Under the pieces are notes generated by a model, which saw only the letters and a list, made by a program, of their open reading frames with translations, was not told the origin of the DNA and did not search any database. A program made the position numbers and the translations under genes. A DNA stretch of 64,000 bases from Gammaproteobacteria bacterium (GTDB lineage: Bacteria > Pseudomonadota > Gammaproteobacteria > GCA-002705445 > GCA-002716945). The stretch is taken from assembly GCA_016779485.1 (NCBI GenBank), contig JADHNN010000001.1, positions 2,681 through 66,680 of the forward strand, in the 5' to 3' direction. Below are positions 23,750 to 34,259 of the stretch, piece after piece; positions within the stretch are counted from its first letter, which is position 1; each line of letters opens with the position of its first letter.

Positions 23750-24267
23750 TTTTTTTTGATACGTTCTATTAAACTGGATGTTGATTTACCATTTATGAGC
23801 TCGACTAATTCAATTTTTTTACCGTTTGCGAGTAAATAATCGGATCCAGAAATAAATTTTCCCTCATAATCTTTTCCTTTTACGAGCACATCAGGAGATA
23901 TCTCAATAATAAGTCTTTCAGGAGTATCTTCATCAAAAATAATTACATAATCCACACAAGAAAGCGAAGCCAATACAAAAGCTCTATCTTCTTGAGGGCA
24001 AACAGGTCTGTTTGGAGATTTAAAGCTTTTAATAGATGAATCTGAGTTTAAACCTACAATTAATATATCTCCTTTGGCTTTAGCTTGTTGAAGAATATAG
24101 ATGTGGCCTGGATGAATAATATCAAAACAACCATTAGTGAAAACCACTGTCTTATTTTTTTGACGAACACTCTCTACTAAAGGCTTCAATACATTAATAT
24201 TAGAAATTATTTTAGGACTTTTTAATTGCATTACTAATATCAGACTTACTAATGCTAACTGTGCCAA
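23746..24267 (-). CDS. hldC: D-glycero-beta-D-manno-heptose 1-phosphate adenylyltransferase (stand-alone HldE domain II)
   Basis: Cytidylyltransferase motif VVFTNGCFDIIHPGH is present. The likely true start is MQLK at about 24231, which overlaps hldA by about 20 nt. Confidence 0.8.
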   Translation of the reverse strand: MAQLALVSLILVMQLKSPKIISNINVLKPLVESVRQKNKTVVFTNGCFDIIHPGHIYILQQAKAKGDILIVGLNSDSSIKSFKSPNRPVCPQEDRAFVLASLSCVDYVIIFDEDTPERLIIEISPDVLVKGKDYEGKFISGSDYLLANGKKIELVELINGKSTSSLIERIKKN

Positions 24268-25141
24268 GGTGCTGAATTGATAAGCCTGCTGCTACATTTG
24301 CTAGTTCGCATGATTTTTTAAGTGATTTATTTGATGCTAATGAGGCAGCAATTACAGAGATGACTGTATCTCCAGCCCCTGTTACATCATAAACATCTTT
24401 TTGTGATGTTGGAAATGTCAATACAGAATCTTTCGAAAATAATACCATTCCATTTTTTCCCAGGGTAAGTAATAAAGATTCTAGCTCCAACTCTCTCATT
24501 AGTTGTTTGCCTTTTTTTACCATATCATTTTTATTTTTCGGTTTACCTATTATTGTAGAAAATTCAAATTCATTGGGCTTAACCATGTATGCTCCCTTAT
24601 ATGTACTATAGTCTGTTCCTTTAGGGTCAATAATTACTTTTACACCCTTCTGGTTAGCGAATTCTATTACTTCTTGAGATATGGGCTTTACGGCACCTTT
24701 GTCATAATCTGATAGAATGATTATATCTACATTCTTCATGTACTTTATAATTTTTTTAAATAGTTCCTTATGCATACATGATTTATTCATATCTTCATGA
24801 TCTAGACGAATTAGGTGTTGATCATTGGCAATAATTCTTTGCTTCAATGTAGTTCTAATAGTTATGTCTTTTACTGGGTCAAATTTAATATCAGTATGTC
24901 TCAAAACTTTAATTAATTCTTTTAGTTCTGGGTCATCTCCTGTTATACCCAATAGGGTAACGTTCATCCCAAGAGCAGATAAATTCTTAGCTACATTCGA
25001 GGCACCGCCTGGTTTGAAGGTGACTTTATTAATATCTACTATAGGGACAGGTGCTTCGGGTGATATTCTATTCATGTTACCATGACTGTATTTATCCAGC
25101 ATTATATCGCCAATAACAAGTATATTTCTCTTTTTAAACAT
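24212..25141 (-). CDS. hldA: D-glycero-beta-D-manno-heptose-7-phosphate kinase (stand-alone HldE domain I)
   Basis: pfkB-family sugar kinase with NILVIGDIMLDKY at the start and DVTGAGDT near the end. Confidence 0.85.
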   Translation of the reverse strand: MFKKRNILVIGDIMLDKYSHGNMNRISPEAPVPIVDINKVTFKPGGASNVAKNLSALGMNVTLLGITGDDPELKELIKVLRHTDIKFDPVKDITIRTTLKQRIIANDQHLIRLDHEDMNKSCMHKELFKKIIKYMKNVDIIILSDYDKGAVKPISQEVIEFANQKGVKVIIDPKGTDYSTYKGAYMVKPNEFEFSTIIGKPKNKNDMVKKGKQLMRELELESLLLTLGKNGMVLFSKDSVLTFPTSQKDVYDVTGAGDTVISVIAASLASNKSLKKSCELANVAAGLSIQHLGTVSISKSDISNAIKKS

Positions 25142-26069
25142 TTTTTATATATGTTAGCCAGTTATTGTATCTCTCTATTTTACCTCGTATGAGATCAAAA
25201 TATATTGTTTGTATTTGTTTTGTAATTTTTCCTGGTTTTCCATTATTAATTTTCTTGTCATCCACCTGAATAATTGGAGTCACTTCTGCGGCAGTTCCTG
25301 TAAAAAAAGCTTCGTCACAAGATTTGACATCTTCAACAGATATATCTTTTTCTTCAACTTTATAATTTAAATCACTTGCTATCTCCATAATTGTTTGCCT
25401 TGTAATACCGTTTAACACGGTTCCATCCTTAGGTGTATAAAAAGTATTATCAATGATCATAAAAAAATTTTCCCCAGATCCCTCGTTCACGTTGTTATCG
25501 ATATCTAGAATCAGAGCCTCATCAAAGCCAGAATTTAATGCATCTTTAAGAGCAAGCATTGAATATAAATAATTTCCAGTAGCCTTAGCTTTGTATATCA
25601 TGCTTTTGTCGCACCTTTTAGGGAAATCAGTGACTTTAACTTTAATGCCATTAAGTATTTTGTCATCTCCTAAGTAAGATCCCCAGTCCCATGCAGCTAC
25701 AATAGCATGCACTTTTAAGTTATCAGCCCTTAATCCCATACCTTCAGAACCATAGAAACACATTGGTCGTATATATGCATTATTTAATTCATTCAAAGCA
25801 ACAACTTCGGATTGTGCGTCATTCAATACACTTGCATGGAATGGTATTTTCATACCAATTAATTCTGCTGACTCAAATAGTCTATTAGTGTGATCTTCTA
25901 ATCTAAATATAGCTGGACCTTTAGATGTTTCGTAAGCTCTTACACCTTCAAATACTCCTGTTCCATAGTGCAGTGTATGAGTAAGTACATGTATTCTTGC
26001 ATCTGACCATTCAACCAAATTGCCATCCATCCATATTTTACCCTTCAGGTCAGACATTATCATGAGCAT
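25134..26069 (-). CDS. ilvE: Branched-chain amino acid aminotransferase
   Basis: IWMDGNLVEWSDARIHVLTHTLHYGTGVFEGVRAY is present. It is a class IV PLP enzyme. Confidence 0.9.
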   Translation of the reverse strand: MLMIMSDLKGKIWMDGNLVEWSDARIHVLTHTLHYGTGVFEGVRAYETSKGPAIFRLEDHTNRLFESAELIGMKIPFHASVLNDAQSEVVALNELNNAYIRPMCFYGSEGMGLRADNLKVHAIVAAWDWGSYLGDDKILNGIKVKVTDFPKRCDKSMIYKAKATGNYLYSMLALKDALNSGFDEALILDIDNNVNEGSGENFFMIIDNTFYTPKDGTVLNGITRQTIMEIASDLNYKVEEKDISVEDVKSCDEAFFTGTAAEVTPIIQVDDKKINNGKPGKITKQIQTIYFDLIRGKIERYNNWLTYIKNV

Positions 26070-26185
26070 TCCTATATATGATTAATAAGTGAAAACTATA
26101 TCATGTATTTAATATTTGGGAAATTAGACTGAATAATTAATATAAGAAATTAGATAAAAAGATTGAATTATATAGCTTTTATTAT

Positions 26186-26204
26186 AATAATGATAATCAT
26201 TCTT
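26186..26204 (+). promoter_or_regulatory. Fur box upstream of fbpA
   Basis: aATAATGATAATCATTcTt matches the 19-bp Fur consensus GATAATGATAATCATTATC at 16 of 19 positions. It lies 17 nt upstream of the fbpA ATG. Confidence 0.6.
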
Positions 26205-26220
26205 ATTTAGAAGAACATAT

Positions 26221-27243
26221 ATGAAAAATAAAGCAATTCTCACATTCTTACTTATCATTTTTATGATTCCAGCGCACGTCACTTTTTCTGATGAAGTAAA
26301 TATATATTCAGCTAGAAAAGAATATTTAATAAAACCATTAACGGATGAATTTACAAAAGAAACTGGAATTAAAGTTAATATACTCAGCGCTCAAAGCAAA
26401 GTGCTGATTAAAAAGATAATTGATGAAGGTAAATCAACTCCAGCAGATATACTCTTAACTGTTGATGCTGGGAATTTGCATGATGCAAAAACTAAAGGTA
26501 TATCTATTCCTATCCGTTCTAATAAGCTGATGAAGTTAGTGCCTGCGCATCTTAGAGATATTGAAAATCATTGGTTTGGCCTTTCAATAAGATCAAGAGT
26601 GATAATGTATAATCCTAATAAAATTTCACCATCCAAAATTTCTACTTATGATAGCTTAGCAAATTCAGAATTGAAAAATAGAGTTTGTATCAGATCTTCT
26701 AGTAATATTTACAATCAGTCATTAATGAGCTCAATAATTCATCATAATGGAGAATTATATGCGTATGACTGGGCATCTAATGTAGTTAGAAATTTTTCTC
26801 ATAGCCCAAAAGGGAATGATAGGTCACAAATGACATCTGTAGTTTTGGGTAAATGTGATGTTACGTTAGCTAATACATATTATCTGGGTAAATGGATTAC
26901 ATCTAAAAAAGAAATTGAAAGAGAATATGCAAAAAAAATAAAAATAATTTTTCCTAACCAAAATGATAGAGGAGCTCATATAAATATTAGTGGTGCTTTA
27001 ATTACAAAATACTCAAAAAATATTGATAGTGCTACAAAGCTGATTGAGTTTTTAGCTAGTGACAGGGCTCAAGAGATATATGCAAAAAAAAATCATGAAT
27101 ATCCTATAAGACAAGACATAGAGGTTTCGAATATAGTTAAATCGTGGGGATATCCCTTCAAAATGGATATGATGAGTCTCACTACATTGGGAAGTCTGAA
27201 TAATCAAGCTGGAATAATATTCGATAAAGCTGGATGGAAGTAA
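26221..27243 (+). CDS. fbpA: Fe(3+) ABC transporter periplasmic binding protein
   Basis: It has a signal peptide and an FbpA/AfuA-like ferric-binding fold. It is followed by a permease and an ATPase. Confidence 0.85.
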   Translation: MKNKAILTFLLIIFMIPAHVTFSDEVNIYSARKEYLIKPLTDEFTKETGIKVNILSAQSKVLIKKIIDEGKSTPADILLTVDAGNLHDAKTKGISIPIRSNKLMKLVPAHLRDIENHWFGLSIRSRVIMYNPNKISPSKISTYDSLANSELKNRVCIRSSSNIYNQSLMSSIIHHNGELYAYDWASNVVRNFSHSPKGNDRSQMTSVVLGKCDVTLANTYYLGKWITSKKEIEREYAKKIKIIFPNQNDRGAHINISGALITKYSKNIDSATKLIEFLASDRAQEIYAKKNHEYPIRQDIEVSNIVKSWGYPFKMDMMSLTTLGSLNNQAGIIFDKAGWK

Positions 27244-27247
27244 AGCC

Positions 27248-28870
27248 TTGCCAAAGAATCTTGAAGATATAAACTTACTTCTACTTTCATTATTTCTATT
27301 GGTATTTGTAACTCCAATATTATTTATCTTTTTTAATATCTTTAATGATAGTAATGAGACATGGATTCATATCCAAAACTATCTTTTACATGATTACATT
27401 GTAAATTCTTTAATAATAGTCGTAGCAGTAGCATTTATTACCATAATATTAGGGACTTCATTAGCATGGATAATTTCAATGTATAATTTTCCAGGTGTAA
27501 ACTTATTTCGTTGGTTATTAATTTTACCTATGGCCATCCCTGCCTATGTAAATGCATATATATATGCAGGAATAAATGAGACATCTGGAATATTATTCAA
27601 CTTTTTTGAGCTATATTTTAATAGCGGCGCATCAGTTTATGATTTATATGATATAAGAAATATTTATGGCGCTATACTTATATTAAGTATAAGTCTCTAC
27701 CCATATATATACTTGTTATGCCTGCCTGCTCTCTCTAATCATAGTAGTACTGTTTTTGAAGTCGGGCAATCTATGGGATTAAATAGATTGCAAAGGCTTA
27801 CAAAAATAGGAATTCCAATAATAAGGCCCGCCGTGATTGCTGGAGTAAGCTTTGTTATTATGGAAACCCTTGCCGAGTATGCGACAGTTCAATATTTTGG
27901 AGTCCCTACTTTTGCCACGGGTATTTTTAGAGCTTGGTTTGTTTTAGGAGATGAAACAAGCTCATTTTTTTTATCTTCAATTTTATTAACATTAATATTC
28001 CTTCTTGTTTATTTTGAACAACTTTCAAGAGGAAAAAAAAGATTTGCTAATCCTATTAATAATATTAAACCAATAAAAGTAGAAAATATCTCAAGGAAAG
28101 TTAGATATTCATTGTGTGCATACTGTAGTATTATACTTGCAATAGGTTTTTTAATACCAGTATTACAATTAATCTATTGGATCTCCTATTCTTTTGAAGA
28201 AATCAATTTAATATTTGTATTATCTTTGTTGAACTCCAGTGCGATTATCGCTTTAATCAGCTCCATACTAATACTGTTTTTTACTATTAATGTAGCTTAT
28301 TTGATTAGAAGTAACAAAAACCTATTTAACAATTTTTTATCAAAAACATTATCTGTTGGATATGCTGTTCCTGGTGTTGTACTTGCGGTAGCTGTAATAG
28401 GTCCTGTGAGTATGTTAGAAAACTCATTACCATCTATATTCGGATTTGAACCAATAACTATTCTTTCAGGTACATTCTACTTGTTAATAGTTGCATATTT
28501 AATTCGATTTTCTACTATTTCTCTTAAAACATTAGATTCAGGTTTAAATAAAATTTCTAATAACTATGATCATCTTGCTTCTAGTTTTGGTTTGAGTAAA
28601 TTACAAATACTTTTTAAAGTTCATCTCCCTATTTTACTACCTACAATTTATACTGCCATGATTCTTGTATTTGTGGATATTGTAAAAGAATTACCAATAA
28701 CCTTGATTCTTAGGCCTTTCAATTTTAATACATTGCCGGTTCACTTATATGAACTAGCAGAATCCGAAAATCTTTCTTCTATGGGTATGCCGGGTTTAAT
28801 TTTAATTATTATATGTTTAATACCCGTTATAATATTGTCTAGAGGTATTATGAATAATGAATCAAAGTAA
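27248..28870 (+). CDS. fbpB: Fe(3+) ABC transporter permease (duplicated MalFG-type)
   Basis: A 540-aa polytopic membrane protein with two permease repeats. Confidence 0.85.
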   Translation: MPKNLEDINLLLLSLFLLVFVTPILFIFFNIFNDSNETWIHIQNYLLHDYIVNSLIIVVAVAFITIILGTSLAWIISMYNFPGVNLFRWLLILPMAIPAYVNAYIYAGINETSGILFNFFELYFNSGASVYDLYDIRNIYGAILILSISLYPYIYLLCLPALSNHSSTVFEVGQSMGLNRLQRLTKIGIPIIRPAVIAGVSFVIMETLAEYATVQYFGVPTFATGIFRAWFVLGDETSSFFLSSILLTLIFLLVYFEQLSRGKKRFANPINNIKPIKVENISRKVRYSLCAYCSIILAIGFLIPVLQLIYWISYSFEEINLIFVLSLLNSSAIIALISSILILFFTINVAYLIRSNKNLFNNFLSKTLSVGYAVPGVVLAVAVIGPVSMLENSLPSIFGFEPITILSGTFYLLIVAYLIRFSTISLKTLDSGLNKISNNYDHLASSFGLSKLQILFKVHLPILLPTIYTAMILVFVDIVKELPITLILRPFNFNTLPVHLYELAESENLSSMGMPGLILIIICLIPVIILSRGIMNNESK

Positions 28871-29906
28871 ACTGGAATTACAAAACGTAAAGATAACTTT
28901 AGACGAAAATATAATTTTAAATGACATAAATCTCTCCATACAGAATGGTGAGATAGTATCATTAATGGGTTCAAGCGCATCAGGAAAAACATCATTAATT
29001 AGATCTATTGCTGGGTATCAGAATATATCAAGCGGTAATATCAAAATAGACAATAGTGTTGTTGATAACTCAAATGAATTCATAAGTGTTGATAAACGAA
29101 ATATTGGTGTAATATTTCAAGATTTAGCTCTATTTCCGCATCTGACAGTAAGGGAAAATATATGCTTTGGTTTGTTTAAAGACACAGAAATAAATCAAAA
29201 CTCCAGAGCTCTTGAGCTTGAAAATATGTTAAATATTGGTCTTATTAAAAATAGATACCCACATCAAATATCTGGAGGTCAACAACAAAGAGTGGCAATA
29301 GCTAGAGCAATGGCTCCTAAACCGACAATACTTCTTTTAGATGAACCCTTTAGTGCATTAGATCAAGAATTAAAGGACAATTTAATGATTGATATTAAAA
29401 AAATTCTCAAAAAAGAGCAGACAACTGCAATATTAATAACGCATGACCCGAAAGAAGCTTTTACTATGTCTGATAAAATTGCATTTCTGAGTGATGGAAA
29501 AATAGCACAGTATGATACTCCTTATAATCTTTATCACAAACCTTTATCTAAAGAGATTGCAAACTTTTTTGGAATTACAAGTTTTATGAAGGCAAAAGTA
29601 AAAGATGCTAATCATGTTGATACTGTTCTTGGTACAATATTTGGTAATACTCAAGATTTTAAAGCAAATGAAGAGGTATATGTTCTAATCAGACCAGATG
29701 ACATCATACATGATGATGATTCTACAGAATCTGCAAAAGTTATTGATAAAGTTTTCTATGGTTCTGATTTTTTATACCATCTTGAACTTAAAGACAGACA
29801 AAGAATCTACTGTTATACACCTAGTCACCATAACCATTCATTAAACGAAAGTATAGGTATAAAACCAGTCATAGATCATCTAATGTTATTCAAAAATCAG
29901 TTATAG
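28857..29906 (+). CDS. fbpC: Fe(3+) ABC transporter ATP-binding protein
   Basis: Walker A GSSASGKTS, the ABC signature ISGGQQQRVAIARA and Walker B LLLDEP are present. Confidence 0.9.
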   Translation: MNQSKLELQNVKITLDENIILNDINLSIQNGEIVSLMGSSASGKTSLIRSIAGYQNISSGNIKIDNSVVDNSNEFISVDKRNIGVIFQDLALFPHLTVRENICFGLFKDTEINQNSRALELENMLNIGLIKNRYPHQISGGQQQRVAIARAMAPKPTILLLDEPFSALDQELKDNLMIDIKKILKKEQTTAILITHDPKEAFTMSDKIAFLSDGKIAQYDTPYNLYHKPLSKEIANFFGITSFMKAKVKDANHVDTVLGTIFGNTQDFKANEEVYVLIRPDDIIHDDDSTESAKVIDKVFYGSDFLYHLELKDRQRIYCYTPSHHNHSLNESIGIKPVIDHLMLFKNQL

Positions 29907-31541
29907 CTCTCTAAGTTTGCGTCTTAATATTTTACCTACATTTGTTTTAGGTAATTCTTTAATGAATATTACGGATTTTGGTATCTTATATTCTGTTAAA
30001 CCAGACTTACAGAATTTAATAATATCTGATGAATTAATATTCGGATTTTTACTTACCACAAATGCCTTTATTGACTCTCCTCTATTTTTGTCAGGTATAC
30101 CAATAATTCCTGCTTCAATAATATCTTTGTGAGTGCTTAAATAGTCCTCAATCTCATTTGGATAAACGTTATATCCCGAGGAAATTATCATATCTTTTTT
30201 TCTATCAACTATCTTTATATACCCTTCAGAATTTATAAACGCAATATCTCCTGTTTTGAAATAACCATCAGAAGTAAAACAATTAGAGGAATCATTCCAA
30301 TAACCAGACATAACTTGAGGACCAGAAACACATAATTCTCCACATTGGTCAATATCTAGTTCAGTTTCATCTTCATCAATAATCTTTATATTTGTAGATT
30401 GTAATGGTAAGCCTATAAATCCATTATACTTTTCATCTACTCTATTGATTGTAACTACTGGCGAAGTCTCTGTTAGGCCATAGCCTTGTGTGATTTCAGT
30501 ACCTGTAACCTTTTTCCACTTTTTAGCGGTCTCACTAAGTACAGCCATGCCACCACCCACTGAAACTTTACATTTTTCAAAGTTAAGTTTTTTAAATTTA
30601 CTACTAGTCAAAAGAAGATTAAATAGGGTATTTACAGCAGTAATAATAGTAAATTTTTTCTTTTCTAATATCTTGATAAATGACTTTAAATCTCTTGGAT
30701 TTGCAACAAGGACATTCTCTGCCCCAATCTTTAGGAATGTTAAACAGTTAACGGTAAATGAAAATATATGATATAGAGGTAAGGCTGTTATTATTATTTC
30801 TTTACCATCATTAACATGTGGCTTAATCCAATTATGTACCTGCTGTATATTTGAAAGTAGGTTTTTATGCGTAAGAATAGCCGCTTTTGATTTTCCAGTA
30901 GTACCGCCTGTATATTGCAAAAGAGCAATATCACTAGGATTTGAATGAGTATCTTTATAACTGAAGTTATTTGAAATAATATCTTTAAAAAATAGTATTT
31001 CTTTTGTTTTTTTTATTTTAATATTTTCTTTTTTAAAAAAAAGAATACTGCTTATAACTAGTTTCATTAATGGATTAAGTAAGTCTGTTACTCTACAAAT
31101 GACAATTCCCTTAAGATTTGATTTCTTGATGCATGGTTCTAGCTCTTTAAAGAATTTATCTAGAACAAATATATAATCAGCTTTTGAATCAATTAATGTG
31201 TGCTCAATTTCTCTTGATTTGTAAAGGGGATTTATATTAACAACTGTTGCCCCGCAAAAATATGTTCCAAATAATGTGACAGGATAGGTTAATAAATTAG
31301 GTAACATAATAGCGATTTTAGTTTTTTTATTAACACCTAAAAATTGCATATATGCCGCCAATCTTTTTGATAAAAGATTAAGCATTTTAAAATTAATATT
31401 AGTATTGAATGATGAGAAAGCGATTTTGTTCATGAATTTGTCAGCTGAAGATTCGATTAAATCAGCGACTGTGTCATGGTCTAAGTTTCCTAGATTTTCG
31501 TCTAAGTTACTTGGATATTTTTTTAACCAATGCTTATCCAT
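29901..31541 (-). CDS. fadD: Long-chain-fatty-acid--CoA ligase
   Basis: The AMP-binding motif LQYTGGTTGKSKAA and the GYGLTE motif are present. Confidence 0.85.
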   Translation of the reverse strand: MDKHWLKKYPSNLDENLGNLDHDTVADLIESSADKFMNKIAFSSFNTNINFKMLNLLSKRLAAYMQFLGVNKKTKIAIMLPNLLTYPVTLFGTYFCGATVVNINPLYKSREIEHTLIDSKADYIFVLDKFFKELEPCIKKSNLKGIVICRVTDLLNPLMKLVISSILFFKKENIKIKKTKEILFFKDIISNNFSYKDTHSNPSDIALLQYTGGTTGKSKAAILTHKNLLSNIQQVHNWIKPHVNDGKEIIITALPLYHIFSFTVNCLTFLKIGAENVLVANPRDLKSFIKILEKKKFTIITAVNTLFNLLLTSSKFKKLNFEKCKVSVGGGMAVLSETAKKWKKVTGTEITQGYGLTETSPVVTINRVDEKYNGFIGLPLQSTNIKIIDEDETELDIDQCGELCVSGPQVMSGYWNDSSNCFTSDGYFKTGDIAFINSEGYIKIVDRKKDMIISSGYNVYPNEIEDYLSTHKDIIEAGIIGIPDKNRGESIKAFVVSKNPNINSSDIIKFCKSGLTEYKIPKSVIFIKELPKTNVGKILRRKLREL

Positions 31542-31574
31542 AAATTATTATAACATTATGGATTTAGTAATAAC

Positions 31575-31596
31575 AAAGCCTCTATAAAGAGGCTTT
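31575..31596 (-). terminator. Hairpin downstream of groEL (putative intrinsic terminator)
   Basis: A perfect inverted repeat aaagcctct-ataa-agaggcttt lies 30 nt after the groEL stop. It is followed on the transcript by GUUAUUAC. Confidence 0.45.
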
Positions 31597-31625
31597 GAAA
31601 TTTAATATATGAGAGGTGAGGGACA

Positions 31626-33290
<1,665 letters not shown>

Positions 33291-33303
33291 TTATCCTCAA
33301 ATA

Positions 33304-33594
33304 TTAGTTAGTTATGATTGCAGTGATGTCGTCTTCTCGCATAACAAGCATCTCTTCACCATCTATTGTTATCTCTGTTCCTGAGTATTTACCGAAAAGA
33401 ATCTGGTCCCCTTCTTTGACATCCAAAGGTCTAATATCGCCATTTTCAAGTATTTTACCTTTACCAACAGCAACAATTTCACCTTTGACTGGTTTTTCAG
33501 TAGCACTGTCAGGTATCACAATACCGCCTGGTGATGTTTTTTCCTCTTCTGTTCGCCTCACGATTACACGATCATGTAATGGTCTTATATTCAT
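33304..33594 (-). CDS. groS: Co-chaperonin GroES
   Basis: 96 aa, [14 protein letters not shown]. Confidence 0.95.
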   Translation of the reverse strand: MNIRPLHDRVIVRRTEEEKTSPGGIVIPDSATEKPVKGEIVAVGKGKILENGDIRPLDVKEGDQILFGKYSGTEITIDGEEMLVMREDDITAIITN

Positions 33595-33619
33595 TATTCA
33601 CCTCTCTTTAAATTAATGG

Positions 33620-33646
33620 TTAGCACTCTAACCCTTCGATTGCTAA
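33620..33646 (-). promoter_or_regulatory. CIRCE-like inverted repeat (HrcA operator) upstream of groES
   Basis: TTAGCACTC-N9-GATTGCTAA compared with the CIRCE consensus TTAGCACTC-N9-GAGTGCTAA gives one mismatch. It lies 26 to 52 nt upstream of the groES start. Confidence 0.6.
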
Positions 33647-33648
33647 TG

Positions 33649-33674
33649 ATATGGACTTTAGGTAAAATTTCAAG
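33649..33674 (-). promoter_or_regulatory. Sigma32-like heat-shock promoter of groESL
   Basis: On the minus strand the sequence reads CTTGAAA-N13-CCATAT. This resembles the sigma32 consensus CTTGAAA-N13/14-CCCCATNT and sits immediately upstream of the CIRCE element. Confidence 0.5.
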
Positions 33675-33691
33675 TATTGATATAAAAAAAA

Positions 33692-34117
33692 CTACTCATC
33701 ATCTCTATAATCGCCGTCAATGATATTCGACTTATTTCTATTTGTATCAGCTCTTTTATTATCAGTTTTGACATATTTAGAGATCATAGGTCTAAAGAAT
33801 GGTAGCAATAAGAAAAAACCCAGTGTATCAGTTAGGAACCCAGGCACAATTAGTAATATACCAGCTAATAGCGAATACATATCAGTTGTGTACTGCTGCT
33901 GTATATCCTGAATGCTTCTGATATTAAATAGACTAAACTTTATGCTTCTCAGTTTCGATTTTATTAAATATATTCCAATGAATATGGTAAGAAAAATCCA
34001 AAGAATAACAATTAAACTTCCAATATATGAACCAATCTCTATGAAGGCTATAAGCTCTAATAAAGGTATTAAAATTAGAATGTATCTGGAAATCTTCATG
34101 AAATGATTATATTGCAA
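33692..34117 (-). CDS. fxsA: FxsA family membrane protein
   Basis: A small membrane protein upstream of groES, as in E. coli fxsA-groSL. The likely start is MKISRYIL at about 34099. Confidence 0.7.
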   Translation of the reverse strand: MQYNHFMKISRYILILIPLLELIAFIEIGSYIGSLIVILWIFLTIFIGIYLIKSKLRSIKFSLFNIRSIQDIQQQYTTDMYSLLAGILLIVPGFLTDTLGFFLLLPFFRPMISKYVKTDNKRADTNRNKSNIIDGDYRDDE

Positions 34118-34259
34118 AAATGAAAAATTATCATTTACATGCGCTTCATAACATAGTGTATATTTAATCTACTAAAAAATAATTGAGTAATTGCATAACA
34201 CGGTAACCCCTGAAATAATAAGATAAATCAAAGATAACAGGAATATTTTAACTATAAAC

